From: Burkholderiales bacterium
Lineage (GTDB): Bacteria; Pseudomonadota; Gammaproteobacteria; Burkholderiales; SG8-39
DNA: 64,000 bases
Assembly: GCA_035310985.1 (NCBI GenBank)
Contig: DATGDH010000133.1
Coordinates: 31,251-95,250, forward strand
Direction: 5' to 3'
In this document: positions 39,235 through 51,078 of the stretch, in pieces
How the letters are laid out: the number at the start of each line of letters is the position of its first letter
How positions within the stretch are numbered: the first letter of the stretch is position 1
Notes under the pieces: generated by a model
Seen by the model: the letters and a program-made list of their open reading frames with translations, nothing else
Told to the model about the DNA's origin: nothing
Databases searched by the model: none
Program-made: the position numbers and the translations under genes

Positions 39235-40264
39235 CGGCGATCTGCGCGAGCAGTTTCTTGACCGGCGCCGGCGCCGCGGCGCCCTGCGCTTCGGCGAGCT
39301 CCAGCCACAGGCGCCCGGACTGCTCGGCATGCGGCGCGCGCTCGCGCAGAGCATAGACTAGCGGCCGGGCGCGCAGGCGAAAGTGGGTGAAGGCATGCTC
39401 GAGCGGCGCGAGCCGCTCGATGAGCCGCGCCTCGCAGCCGAGCGCCCGGCGACAATGTGCTTCCGCGCGCCTCCCGGAAACCTCCGGAAACGCCCATAGC
39501 CCGCCCCACAGTCCGGGGGCGGGGCGCCGCTCGAGCAGCACCCGCCCGGCGTCGAGCAATACGAGCCAGGTGACGTCCTTGAGCGGCAGCGTGCGGCGCG
39601 GGCGCGCCCCAGGCAGCTCCGCGACACGCCCCTCGCGGCGCGCGACGCAGCGCGCCGCGACGGGGCAGGCCTCGCAGCGCGGCCGCGCGCGCGTGCACAC
39701 CGTCGCGCCGAGGTCCATCAGCGCTTGGGTGTAGCGCTCGATGCCGCGCGCGGGCAGCTGAGCTTCGGCGAGGCGCCACAGGCGCGCCTCCACCGCGCGC
39801 TGGCCAGGGAAGCCCTCGATCCCAAAGGCGCGCGCGAGCACTCGCTTCACGTTGCCATCCAGGATCGCGGCGCGCCGCCCGAACGCAAAGGCGGCGATCG
39901 CCGCGGCGGTCGAGCGCCCTACGCCGGGCAGCGCGCGCAGCCCCTCGACGTTGTCGGGGAAGCGCCCGCCGCGCTCCATGGCCACCAGGCGCGCGGCGCC
40001 ATGCAGATTGCGCGCACGCGCGTAGTAGCCAAGTCCGCTCCACAGGCGCAGCACCTCCTCCTCGGGAGCACGTGCCAGCGCCCCGACGTCGGGAAAGCGC
40101 TCGAGGAAGCGCTCGTAGTAGGGAACGACCGTCTCCACCTGCGTCTGCTGCAGCATGACCTCGGACAGCCAGACGCGGTACGGATCGCGCGTTCCCTGCC
40201 ACGGAAGGTCGTGGCGCCCGTGGGCGCGCTGCCAGGCGACGAGCGAAGTAGCGAATGGCGGCAC
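39221..40264 (-). CDS. mutY: A/G-specific adenine glycosylase
   Basis: WLSEVMLQQT, GLGYYARARN, HhH LPGVGRST, DGNV, 4Fe-4S CTRARPRCEACPVAARC. Confidence 0.96.
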   Translation of the reverse strand: MPPFATSLVAWQRAHGRHDLPWQGTRDPYRVWLSEVMLQQTQVETVVPYYERFLERFPDVGALARAPEEEVLRLWSGLGYYARARNLHGAARLVAMERGGRFPDNVEGLRALPGVGRSTAAAIAAFAFGRRAAILDGNVKRVLARAFGIEGFPGQRAVEARLWRLAEAQLPARGIERYTQALMDLGATVCTRARPRCEACPVAARCVARREGRVAELPGARPRRTLPLKDVTWLVLLDAGRVLLERRPAPGLWGGLWAFPEVSGRRAEAHCRRALGCEARLIERLAPLEHAFTHFRLRARPLVYALRERAPHAEQSGRLWLELAEAQGAAAPAPVKKLLAQIAARRE

Positions 40265-40369
40265 GGGGCGATTCTAATCGGCGCGGAGCTTGCGTCGGTT
40301 TGACGCCGCCGGGCGAACGGGGCACCATTCGGCGGCCCCTCTTCCCGGGGCGCCTCCCCGCCAATACGC

Positions 40370-41353
40370 ATGCTCGCGTTCGTGCTTCGCCGCCTCGGAC
40401 AGGCCCTGCTGGTGATGCTGGCGGTGGGGTTGATCGCTTTCGCGCTGTTCCGCTTCGTCGGCGATCCCGTGGTGTTCGTGCTCGGGCAGGACGCGACGCC
40501 CGCGCAGCGCGCGCAGATGAAGCATGCACTCGGCCTCGACCAGCCGTTCTACGTGCAGTACGCTCGCTTCATCGGACGCGCGGCGCAGGGCGAGTTCGGC
40601 CTGTCGCTGCGGCAGCTGAGGCCGGTTTCGACACTGTTCCTCGAGAGGCTGCCGGCGACCCTCGAGCTGTCGCTGGTCGCGGCCGTGTTCGCGCTCGCGG
40701 CCGGCATCCCGATGGGCGTGTACAGCGCGCTCAGGCGCGACTCCTGGCTCGCGCACGTCTTCCAGGCGGTGTCGCTGATCGGCGTGTCGCTGCCGACCTT
40801 CCTGATCGGCATCCTGCTGATCCTGCTGTTCGCGGTGGTGCTCGGCTGGCTGCCCTCGTTCGGGCGCGGCGACACGGTGAGAATCGGCTGGTGGACGACC
40901 GGGCTGCTCACCGCCTCGGGACTCAAGGCGCTCGTGCTGCCCGCGATCACCCTCGGCCTGTACCAGATGACGCTCATCCAGCGGCTTGTGCGCGCCGAGA
41001 TGCTCGAGGTGCTGCGCACCGACTACATCAAGTTCGCGCGTGCGCGCGGCCTGAGCGAGCGCGCGGTGCATTTCGGGCACGCGCTCAAGAACACCCTGGT
41101 GCCGGTGATCACCGTCACGGGCTTGCAGCTCGGCGCGATCATCGCCTTCGCCGTCATCACCGAGACCGTCTTCCAGTGGCCGGGCATGGGACTGCTCTTC
41201 ATCCAGTCGGTCGCGTTCGCCGACGTTCCGGTGATGGCCGCCTACCTCTGCCTGATCGCCCTGTTCTTCGTCGTCATCAACCTGGTGGTGGACCTGCTCT
41301 ACTATGCGGTCGATCCGCGCCTGCGGATCGAGCGCACCGCCGCTGCGCACTGA
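40370..41353 (+). CDS. Dpp/Opp-type ABC permease (B subunit)
   Basis: RLPATLEL, DYIKFARARGL, HALKN, TETVFQWPGMG, VDPR. Confidence 0.92.
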   Translation: MLAFVLRRLGQALLVMLAVGLIAFALFRFVGDPVVFVLGQDATPAQRAQMKHALGLDQPFYVQYARFIGRAAQGEFGLSLRQLRPVSTLFLERLPATLELSLVAAVFALAAGIPMGVYSALRRDSWLAHVFQAVSLIGVSLPTFLIGILLILLFAVVLGWLPSFGRGDTVRIGWWTTGLLTASGLKALVLPAITLGLYQMTLIQRLVRAEMLEVLRTDYIKFARARGLSERAVHFGHALKNTLVPVITVTGLQLGAIIAFAVITETVFQWPGMGLLFIQSVAFADVPVMAAYLCLIALFFVVINLVVDLLYYAVDPRLRIERTAAAH

Positions 41354-41361
41354 GAGTGGCA

Positions 41362-42546
41362 ATGAGCACACCCGTAGAAACCATTCGCAAATACCACGCC
41401 GAGCTGCGCGAGATCCGGCACGATATCCATGCGCACCCGGAGCTCGGCTACGAGGAACGGCGCACCGCCGAAGTGGTCGCCGGCAAGCTCGCCGCCTGGG
41501 GCATCGAAGTACACCAGGGCATCGCCGGAACGGGCGTTGTCGGCGTGGTGCGCGGCAGGAAGACCGGCAGCGGCCGCGCGATCGGCCTGCGCGCCGACAT
41601 GGATTGCCTGCCCCTGCAGGAGCTCGGCGACGTGCCCTACCGCTCGCGCCACGACGGCCGCATGCATGCCTGCGGCCACGACGGCCATACCACCATGCTG
41701 CTCGGCACGGGGCGCTACCTCGCCGAGACGCGCCACTTCGACGGGACCGCCTATCTCATCTTCCAGCCCGCCGAGGAAGGCGGCGCCGGCGGCCAGCGCA
41801 TGGTCGAGGAGGGTCTGTTCGAGCGCTTCCCGGCCAACGAGGTGTACGCGCTGCACAACTGGCCGGGGCTGCCGCCGGGCAAGATGGCGGTACGCGCGGG
41901 CGCCATGATGGCGGCCACCGACGAGATACAGATCACCGTGCGCGGCCGCGGCGGCCACGCCGCGATGCCGCACCTCACGGTCGATCCAGTGCCGATCGCG
42001 GCGCAGCTGATTACGGCGCTGCAGACGATTACCAGCCGCAATCTGAATCCCCTCGACGCGCTGGTCGTAAGCCTGTGCTCGATGCAGACCAGCCAGGTGG
42101 GCGCGTTCAACATCATCCCGGAGTCGGTCAAGCTGATCGGCACGGTGCGCAGCTTCAGGCCCGAGACGCGCGACCTCGCCGAGAGGCGCATCAAGGCGAT
42201 CGTCACCGGCGTGGCGGCCTCACTCGGCGGCAGCGCCGAGATCGACTACCGGCGCGGCTATCCGGCCACCGTCAACACGCCGCGCGAGGCCGAGTTCGCG
42301 GCGAGCGTCGGCGACCGGATCTTCGGCAAGGAAAACGTGGTGCGCGACGCAGAGCCGACCATGGGCGGAGAGGACTTCTCCTACATGCTGCTCGCGCGCC
42401 CGGGCGCCTACGTTTGGCTCGGCCAGGGCGGCGGCCCGAGCGGTTGCTTCCTACACAACCCCGCTTACGACTTCAACGACGACGTGATCCCCCTCGGCGC
42501 GGGCTTCCTCGCTGCGCTGGTCGAGCACGCGTTGCCACTCAAATAA
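41362..42546 (+). CDS. M20 family amidohydrolase (hippuricase-like)
   Basis: HAHPEL, LRADMD, MHACGHDGH, FQPAEE, HNWP, GGHAA, EDF, LHNP. Confidence 0.92.
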   Translation: MSTPVETIRKYHAELREIRHDIHAHPELGYEERRTAEVVAGKLAAWGIEVHQGIAGTGVVGVVRGRKTGSGRAIGLRADMDCLPLQELGDVPYRSRHDGRMHACGHDGHTTMLLGTGRYLAETRHFDGTAYLIFQPAEEGGAGGQRMVEEGLFERFPANEVYALHNWPGLPPGKMAVRAGAMMAATDEIQITVRGRGGHAAMPHLTVDPVPIAAQLITALQTITSRNLNPLDALVVSLCSMQTSQVGAFNIIPESVKLIGTVRSFRPETRDLAERRIKAIVTGVAASLGGSAEIDYRRGYPATVNTPREAEFAASVGDRIFGKENVVRDAEPTMGGEDFSYMLLARPGAYVWLGQGGGPSGCFLHNPAYDFNDDVIPLGAGFLAALVEHALPLK

Positions 42547-42565
42547 CGCACGGGAGGAGAACACC

Positions 42566-44137
42566 ATGCGCATCACCCGTATCTTCACCGCCGCCGCGCT
42601 CGCGCTTGCGCTCGCGGCGGGCGCGCAGGCGAAGACCTTCAGGTACGCGGACCAGGGCGACTCGCTTTCCATGGACCCGTACATGCTGAACGAGTCGCTG
42701 CTGCTCAACTTCACCGGCAACTTGTACGAGCCGCTGGTCGACCGCGGCAAGAAGCTCGAGTTGGTGCCGGGCCTCGCCACGAGTTGGAAGCAGACCTCGC
42801 CCACGGTGTGGCGCTTCGAGCTGCGCCGCGGCGTCAAGTTCCACGACGGCACGCCTTTTACCGCCGACGACGTCGTGTTCTCCTACCAGCGCGCCAAGGG
42901 CGAAGGCTCGGACATCCAGTCCTACGTCGGATCGTTCAAGGAAGTGCGCAAAGTCGACGACCATACGGTCGAGATCGAGACCAGCGCGCCTTTCCCGATC
43001 CTGCCCGACGTCATCAGCCAGTGGCGCATGATGTCCAAGGCCTGGTGCGAGAAGCACAACGCGCTGCGCCCGGTGGACGTCAGGAAGGGCACCGAGAACT
43101 ACGCCTCGAACCACGCCAACGGCACCGGGCCGTTCATGCTCAAGGAGCGCCAGCCGGGCGTGAAGACGGTTCTGGTGCCGAACCCGAACTGGTGGGGCAA
43201 GCCCGAGCACAACCTCACCGAGGCGGTGTTCACCCCGATCGCCAACGCCGCGACGCGCGTCGCGGCGCTGATCTCCGGCGAGATCGACATGATGGAGCCG
43301 GTGCCGCTGCAGGACATCGCGCGCATCTCCGCCGATCCCGCGCTGAAGGTGATGCAGGGCCCGGAGCTGCGCACCATCTTCCTCGGCATGGACCAGGAGC
43401 GCAATGAGCTGCTCTTCTCCAACGTCAAGGGCAAGAACCCGTTCAAGGACCTGCGCGTCAGAAAAGCCTTCTACCAGGCGATTGACGAAGAGGCGATCAA
43501 GTCGCGGGTGATGCGCGGCGCGGCGACGCCCACCGCGCTCATGGTCGCGCCCGGCATCAAGGGCTTCGACCCCGCGCTTAACAAGCGCTACCCATACGAC
43601 CCGGCGGCCGCGAAGAAGCTGCTCGCCGAAGCGGGCTATCCGGACGGCTTCCAGGTGGGAATGAACTGTCCGAACGACCGCTACGTGAACGACGCCGAGA
43701 TCTGCCAGGCCGTCGCGGCGATGCTCGCCAAGGTGGGTGTGCGCGTCGACCTGATGGTCGAGCCCAAGGCGACCTATTTTCCCAAGATCCTGCGGCGCGA
43801 CACCTCGTTCTACATGCTCGGCTGGACGCCCGCCACCTACGACTCGCACAACCCGCTCTACGCGCTGATGGCCACGCCGGGCGAGGGCGGCCAGGGCCAG
43901 TTCAACCTCGGCTGGTATTCCAACAAGCGCATAGACGAGCTCACCGCGGCGATCGCCTCCGAGACCGATCCGAAGAAGCGCCAGGCCATGATTTCGGAGG
44001 CGTTCCGAATACACAAGGAGGACTTCGGCCACATCCCGCTGCACCAGCAGGCGCTCGCCTGGGGCATGAAGAGGACGGTCGAGCTGGTGCAGTTGCCCGA
44101 CAACTTCAACTACCTGCGCTGGGTCAGGATCAAGTAG
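42566..44137 (+). CDS. Peptide ABC transporter substrate-binding protein (family 5)
   Basis: Signal peptide; PGLATSW, GVKFHDGTPFTADDV, GTGPF, CPNDRYVND. Confidence 0.92.
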   Translation: MRITRIFTAAALALALAAGAQAKTFRYADQGDSLSMDPYMLNESLLLNFTGNLYEPLVDRGKKLELVPGLATSWKQTSPTVWRFELRRGVKFHDGTPFTADDVVFSYQRAKGEGSDIQSYVGSFKEVRKVDDHTVEIETSAPFPILPDVISQWRMMSKAWCEKHNALRPVDVRKGTENYASNHANGTGPFMLKERQPGVKTVLVPNPNWWGKPEHNLTEAVFTPIANAATRVAALISGEIDMMEPVPLQDIARISADPALKVMQGPELRTIFLGMDQERNELLFSNVKGKNPFKDLRVRKAFYQAIDEEAIKSRVMRGAATPTALMVAPGIKGFDPALNKRYPYDPAAAKKLLAEAGYPDGFQVGMNCPNDRYVNDAEICQAVAAMLAKVGVRVDLMVEPKATYFPKILRRDTSFYMLGWTPATYDSHNPLYALMATPGEGGQGQFNLGWYSNKRIDELTAAIASETDPKKRQAMISEAFRIHKEDFGHIPLHQQALAWGMKRTVELVQLPDNFNYLRWVRIK

Positions 44138-44143
44138 CGCTCG

Positions 44144-45058
44144 ATGCGCGCAGCGCTCGCTCGCGCCTGGGACTCGGACCTCGCATACAGTTTCCGCAGG
44201 TCGCCCGTCACGGTCGCCGCCGCGCTCGTGGCGCTCGCTTGCGCCACGGGCGCGCTCGGCGCGCCCTGGCTCGCGCCGCACAATCCCTTCGACCTCGCCT
44301 CGCTCAATCTGCTAGACGCGTTCACGCCGCCGGCGTGGACGGCAAAGGGCAGCAGCACGTTCCTGCTCGGCACCGACGACCAGGGGCGCGACGTGCTCTC
44401 GACGATAATGTACGGCGCGCGCATTTCCCTCGCGGTGGGCTTGGCGTCGGTGCTGCTGTCGATGCTGGTCGGAGTCGCCCTCGGCCTGATCGCGGGCTAC
44501 TTCGGCGGCACGCTCGATGCGTTCATCATGCGCGTCGCCGACGTGCAGCTTTCGTTTCCGGCGATCCTGATCGCACTCCTGATCGACGGCGTGGCGCGCG
44601 TGATGCTTCCGCACGAGGCGCAGGACGTCATCGCGATCCCGGTGCTCGTGCTGGCGATCGGCGCGTCGGGCTGGGTGCAGTACGCGCGCACCGTGCGCGG
44701 CTCGACTCTGGTGGAGAAGAACAAGGAGTACGTGCAGGCCGCGCGCGTCATCGGCCGGCGGCCAGCATCGATCATGCTCGCGCACGTGCTGCCGAACGTC
44801 ACGGGCCCGGTGCTGGTGATCGGCACCATCCACATCGCGACGGCGATTATCACGGAGGCGACGCTTTCGTTTCTCGGCGTCGGCGTACCGCCGACGCGTC
44901 CTTCGCTCGGCACGCTGATCCGTGTCGGCAACGACTTTCTGTTCTCTGGCGAGTGGTGGATCACCGTGTTCCCGGGCATCGCGCTCGTAGCTCTGGCACT
45001 GTCGGTCAACCTGCTGGGCGACTGGCTGCGCGACGCGCTGAATCCCAAGCTGCGATGA
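44144..45058 (+). CDS. Dpp/Opp-type ABC permease (C subunit)
   Basis: LGTDDQGRD, EYVQAA, HVLPN, EATLSFLGVG, LRDALNP. Confidence 0.92.
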   Translation: MRAALARAWDSDLAYSFRRSPVTVAAALVALACATGALGAPWLAPHNPFDLASLNLLDAFTPPAWTAKGSSTFLLGTDDQGRDVLSTIMYGARISLAVGLASVLLSMLVGVALGLIAGYFGGTLDAFIMRVADVQLSFPAILIALLIDGVARVMLPHEAQDVIAIPVLVLAIGASGWVQYARTVRGSTLVEKNKEYVQAARVIGRRPASIMLAHVLPNVTGPVLVIGTIHIATAIITEATLSFLGVGVPPTRPSLGTLIRVGNDFLFSGEWWITVFPGIALVALALSVNLLGDWLRDALNPKLR

Positions 45059-46024
45059 GCGGCCGGCTGCTCGAGGTGCGCGGCCTGCAAGTCGAGTTCC
45101 CAACGCGGCGCGGCAGGCTGGTGGCGGTCGACGGCGTTTCGTTCTCGATCGCACCAGGCGAGGTGCTCGGCGTGGTCGGGGAGTCGGGCGCCGGCAAGTC
45201 GCTCACCGGCATGGCGATCATCGGCCTGCTCGAGCCGCCGGGGCGCATCGCCGCGGGTGAAATCCTGCTCGAGGGAGAGCGCATCGACCGGCTGCCGCCC
45301 GAGCGCATGCGCCGCATCCGCGGCCGGCGCATCGGCGCGATCTTCCAGGATCCGTTCACCTCGCTCAATCCCCTCTACACGATCGGCGAGCAGCTGGTCG
45401 AGACGATCCGCACCCACCTGGATGTCGACCGCGCCGGTGCGCGCCGGCGCGCGCTCGCGCTGCTCGCGGAGGTCGGGATTTCCGCCCCGGAATCGCGCTT
45501 CTCCCACTATCCGCACCAGTTCTCCGGCGGCATGCGTCAGCGCGTAGTGATCGCGCTCGCGCTCGCCGCCGAGCCGCGCCTGGTGATCGCCGACGAACCG
45601 ACCACGGCGCTCGACGTCTCGATCCAGGCGCAGATCATCACACTGCTCAAGCGCCTGGCGCGGGATCACGGCACCGCGGTGATGCTGATCACCCACGACA
45701 TGGGCGTGATCGCGGAGACTGCGGACCGCGTGGCGGTGATGTACGCGGGGCGTATCGCCGAGATCGGGCCGGTCGGCGAAGTGATCCACGCCGCGCGGCA
45801 CCCTTACACCGCAGGCCTGATGGGGTCGATACCGCGCGTGGTCGCCGCCGGCGGCGCGCAGCATCGCGGGCGCCTGCAGCAGATCGAGGGCTCGATGCCG
45901 CGCCTCACCGCGATTCCGGGCGGCTGCGCCTTCCACCCGCGCTGCCCGCGCAGGCTGGCGCGCTGCTCGCTCGATCGCCCCGAGCCGGTCCCGGTCGCTG
46001 GCAACCAGGTCGCCTGCTGGCTGT

Positions 46025-46041
<17 letters not shown>
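45055..46041 (+). CDS. Peptide ABC ATPase (DppD/OppD-like)
   Basis: GESGAGKS, YPHQFSGGMRQR, ADEPTTALD, HPYT, GCAFHPRC. Confidence 0.92.
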
Positions 46042-47033
<992 letters not shown>

Positions 47034-47044
<11 letters not shown>

Positions 47045-48899
47045 ACAGGCCGCGCAGCTTTTCCTCGACGCCGCCTTTGCCGCCGAGCTGCTCCTCGAGC
47101 TTCTTGGTAGTTTGGGACTTGAGCGCCTCGGTCGCGACCGCACGGTAGTCGACCTCGTATTTCAGCGCGTCGAACGGCCCGACCACGCGCACCGGCACCG
47201 TGATGCCGCGCAGCTCGGCGCGCTCCCTGCCGCCCTGCCCCTTGGCGGTGCCGACCAGCGACGCCTTGGCCAGGTAATCGATGCGCGAATTGCCGATGTC
47301 GATGTCGCCCGCCCCGCCCACGCGCAACAGCGGCGACTTGAGATTCAGGTCGTCGTTGTGCGCCACACCGTTGCGGATCACGAAGCTCGCGCTCAGCTCG
47401 CTGAAATCGGTCTTCTGCGACCGATCGGCGGACTGCGTCTGCGCGCTCTTCGAGCCGACCAGCGACTCCGCCTTGCGCAGGGCCTCGCCCACGTTGAATC
47501 CCTTGATCGCGCCGTCGCGCAGCGCGAGCTGCGCGTTGCCGGCGAGCGATTTCTTCATCACATTTACGCTGGCGCCCACGGCCTGCACGTCGAGCGTCAC
47601 GTTGCCGCGCCCCTCGATGACGTCGCGCTGCGCAAGGTCCCTGACGAGCGGTCCGATCGCGATGTCCGTCAGCTTGTCCTTGAGAACGACGCGGTTCGCG
47701 TTGCCGTCGAGCGCAAGCGCGCCGGCGAGCATTCCCTGGTACAGGCTCGCCGAATGCGGCGCGAGGTCGGCGCGTCCGTTCGCGGCACGCACGTCGCTCT
47801 TCACCTCCGCGAGCTTGAGGCCCTCCAGCTGCAGCTGGCCGATACGCAGCCGCCCGCGCGCGGTGAGGCCCTTGAGCCAGGAAAGATCGACCGGCGTATC
47901 GGCCCCAGCGGCGCCGCCGGCGCGCGTTCCCTTGCCGCCCTCCGCGGCCGCCTTGCCCTCCGGCTTGGAATTCAGATAGCGGTCGACGTCCAGCCGATCG
48001 ACGTCGACGTCGAAGTTGTACGCCGCTGGCGCGAAGCTCTCGACGCCGAGCTTGGCGCGGATGTTCGAGCCGTCCAGCTTCATGGCGAGATCGGCATGCG
48101 CGGTGCCCTTGCCGAAATCGGCCTGCGCGGAGCCGGTGATCGGCACCGTAAGAGTCCCCTGCGGCAGCGTCGGGCTCGACACGCTGATGCGCGCGTCCAG
48201 CCCGCTCAGTTCCGCCGTCTCGCGCTCGGTGTCGAAGCGGTAGCCCGTCGCGAGCTTGAACTTCGCGTCGAGCTCGGGTTTCGTGCCCTTGATCGCGGCG
48301 GAGATGTCGAGCTTGCCGGGCACGCCGCTCGCAATGCGGCCGGTGCGCAACTCGAGGTCACTCACCGCGATTTGCTGCCCGCCTTTCAGGTCGCGGTACG
48401 AGACGTTGGCACGTTCGATGCGGACGCCGGATATGTCGAACTGCACTTTCGACCCCTTCGCAGCCGGTGCAGCAGCGGGCGCCTTTCCCGCCCGGGCGGC
48501 CGGCGCCCCGAGCAGGTCGTCGAAGTTGAACTTCCCGTCGGCACGCTTGACGAGGTTCACCTTGAGGCCGGACAGCTGCACCTTGTCGACCAGCGTCTGC
48601 CCGCGGAACAGCGGCAGGAGGGCGACCGCCACGTGCGCGGAATCGATCGACGCGAAGGTGGCTTCGCTCGCGCGCTCCGACAGGCTCGCGCGCCCCATCG
48701 ACGCACCGATGCTAGGCCAGAAGGCGAGATGCAGGTTGCCTTCCAGCTTCAGCGTGCGGCCGGTGTCCTGCTTGACCACGCGCTCGATCTCGCCCTTCAG
48801 CTTGTTCGCGTCGAACAGCAGCGCAAACGCGATCGCGCCGATCACGACCATGGCGACGAGCGCGCCCACCGCGTACAACAGGTACTTGAGCGCTTTCAC
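47034..48899 (-). CDS. asmA: AsmA family protein
   Basis: N-terminal TM, FDANKLK, DGKFNFDDL, LRDGAIKG, TDFSELSASF, NGVAHNDDL. Confidence 0.85.
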
Positions 48900-49813
48900 G
48901 ACACCTTCCGCTCGATGTTGGCGACGCCGAACGGCACGTGCCCCGCGGCCACGTGGCGCTTGGCCGACTCTACGTGCGCACGCTGGTCGTCGAAGAAGAA
49001 ATCCGGCTCGAAGGCGCGCAGGAATTCGCCCTTGTCCAGCCCACCCAGGAACATCGCCTCGTCGACGCCGATGTTCCACTGCATCAGCGTGCGCACGGCG
49101 CGCTCGTGCGCGGGGGCGCTGCGCGCCGTGACGAGCGCTGTGCGCAGGCGCATCCGCACGTCCGTGCCGGCGGCCTGCTGCAGGCGGTGCAGTGCCTCGA
49201 GCAGCGGCTTGAACGGCCCTGGCGGCAGCGGCCGCCGCGCGTGCTCGGTCTCGTGGCGCGTGAACGCGTCCAGCCCGTCGGCCTGGAACACGCGCTCGGC
49301 CTCGTCGGAGAACAGCACCGCGTCGCCGTCGAATGCAATGCGCACCTCGTCGGCGTGGCGCTCGGCGGCACGCGCGGAATCGGGATACACGCGCGCCGCG
49401 GGCACCTTCGCTTCGAGCGCGCTCATCACGTCGGCCTCGTTCGCCGACAGGAACAGGTTCGCCCTCAAGGCATCCAGGTAGCGATACGGCGTGCGGCCGC
49501 GCGTGAACACGCCGCGCTCCAGGCGCAGCCCCTCGCGCGCCGCCGAGCGGAACACCCGCAGGCCGCTCACCGGGTCGTTCTTGGAAAGGATCACCACCTC
49601 GACGCGCTGCGCGCCGGGCGTGTTGAAGGCGAGCAGCTTCTTGACCAGCGCGAACGCGACGCCCTCCTTCGCCGGGACGTCGACGCGCGAGAGCTGCAGC
49701 TCTACGTACTCGCGCTCGCCGCGGCGCTCGAACACCGCGTTCTCCTCCTCGAAGTCGAACAGCGCCCGCGAGGAGATCGCCACCACCAGCTTGCCTTCGA
49801 ACGAAACGGGCAT
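48896..49813 (-). CDS. 5'-nucleotidase (cN-I type)
   Basis: LVVAISSRALFD, RIAFDGDAVLFSDE, VTAR, FFDDQ, GHVP. Confidence 0.92.
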   Translation of the reverse strand: MPVSFEGKLVVAISSRALFDFEEENAVFERRGEREYVELQLSRVDVPAKEGVAFALVKKLLAFNTPGAQRVEVVILSKNDPVSGLRVFRSAAREGLRLERGVFTRGRTPYRYLDALRANLFLSANEADVMSALEAKVPAARVYPDSARAAERHADEVRIAFDGDAVLFSDEAERVFQADGLDAFTRHETEHARRPLPPGPFKPLLEALHRLQQAAGTDVRMRLRTALVTARSAPAHERAVRTLMQWNIGVDEAMFLGGLDKGEFLRAFEPDFFFDDQRAHVESAKRHVAAGHVPFGVANIERKVS

Positions 49814-49891
49814 CGGATTCTCATTTTAGGCGAGCCCCGGGGCGGCGGCAACGCGCTTGGCTGTCCCGTCGCGCCGTGGGAGACTCGCCGC

Positions 49892-50743
49892 ATGATCAGA
49901 GTTTGCGCCGGCGTCATCGTCGCGCTCGACCTGGCGCTTGGCCTGCTGCCCGCTGCGCTCCCGGCCGAGCACCATCGCGTCGCCGTCGCCTATCTCGCGC
50001 CGAGCGACCCGGCGCAGCGCAAGATCTACGAGACCCTGAAGCGAGAACGCGTTCTCGATAATCTCGCCGAGCTTCTCAGCCCCTTCGAGCTGCCGCACAC
50101 GCTTATGCTCAAACTCAGGGGCTGCGAAGGCGTCGAGAACGCCTGGTACGACGACGAGCAGCATTCGGTGACGGTGTGCTACGAATACCTCGCACGCGTG
50201 CTGCGCGACGCGCCGCGCGAGACGACGGTGGCGGGCGTGACGCCGGAGGACGCGGTGGTCGGCCCGACCGCAGAGGTGTTCCTGCACGAGTTCGCGCACG
50301 CGCTGTTCGACCTGCTCAAGATCCCGGTGCTCGGGCGCGAGGAGGACGCCGCCGACATGGTCGCGGCCTACACGCTGCTGCAGCTCGGCCCGAAGATCGC
50401 GCGGGGTGCGATCGGCGGCGTGGCCTACATGTACGCGCGCCAGGCGAACGACAAGCCGCTAAACGCCGAGACCGCGGCGGAGGTACACCCTTTCACCCAG
50501 CAGCGCTTCTACAACCTGCTCTGCCTCGCCTACGGCGCCGATCCCAAGACCTTCGGCGACGTCGTCGACAAGGGCTACCTGCCCAAGGAGAGGGCCGAGA
50601 ATTGCGTCTACGAATACCGGCAGGTGGACTACGCGGTGCGTACGCTCCTGTGGCCGCACATGGACCCGATGCGGCGCGAGGCGGTGCGCGCCCGCTTCGC
50701 CGGGAAGTTCGCGACGCCGGACAAGCATCCGGCCAAGAACTGA
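49892..50743 (+). CDS. Secreted putative metallopeptidase (DUF4344-like)
   Basis: Signal-like N-terminus; NAWYD..VCYE, HEFAH, GREEDAAD, QRFYNLLCLAYG. Confidence 0.75.
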   Translation: MIRVCAGVIVALDLALGLLPAALPAEHHRVAVAYLAPSDPAQRKIYETLKRERVLDNLAELLSPFELPHTLMLKLRGCEGVENAWYDDEQHSVTVCYEYLARVLRDAPRETTVAGVTPEDAVVGPTAEVFLHEFAHALFDLLKIPVLGREEDAADMVAAYTLLQLGPKIARGAIGGVAYMYARQANDKPLNAETAAEVHPFTQQRFYNLLCLAYGADPKTFGDVVDKGYLPKERAENCVYEYRQVDYAVRTLLWPHMDPMRREAVRARFAGKFATPDKHPAKN

Positions 50744-50748
50744 GTGAC

Positions 50749-50822
50749 TGGAGCGGGTGAAGGGAATCGAACCCTCGTATGCAGCTTGGGAAGCTGCCGT
50801 TCTGCCATTGAACTACACCCGC
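50749..50822 (-). tRNA. tRNA-Gly (CCC)
   Basis: GCGGGTGTAGTTCAATGGCAGAACGGCAGCTTCCCAAGCTGCATACGAGGGTTCGATTCCCTTCACCCGCTCCA; cloverleaf with encoded CCA. Confidence 0.97.
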
Positions 50823-51078
50823 CCAGGGTGCGGATTCTAAGAGGGAAAGGCGCCCCGCAGCAATTTGCGACCCCCGGAGGTCACGACTTTGACGATGGCG
50901 GTCCGGGACCTCATGGCAGGACACCCGTCGTGTGGATGTCGCGGCACGTTATCCGCGGGTCCGATAATTGTTTCAGGAACCTTCCGCAGGCTATCGCAGC
51001 GCACCGACCCGACGTAGTCTATGCCGACATTTCACCGTCGACGATTCCGGGCTCGTGACGATGCGGCCGACGCATTGA

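Noticed and set aside
50749..50822. Prophage or genomic island integrated at tRNA-Gly
   Set aside because: No integrase, phage genes or duplicated tRNA 3' fragment seen.
50823..51078. Riboswitch or ECF promoter (GGAACC) in the spacer
   Set aside because: No matching -10 at the right spacing and no recognisable aptamer; only a weak GAGGTC/GACCTC pairing.
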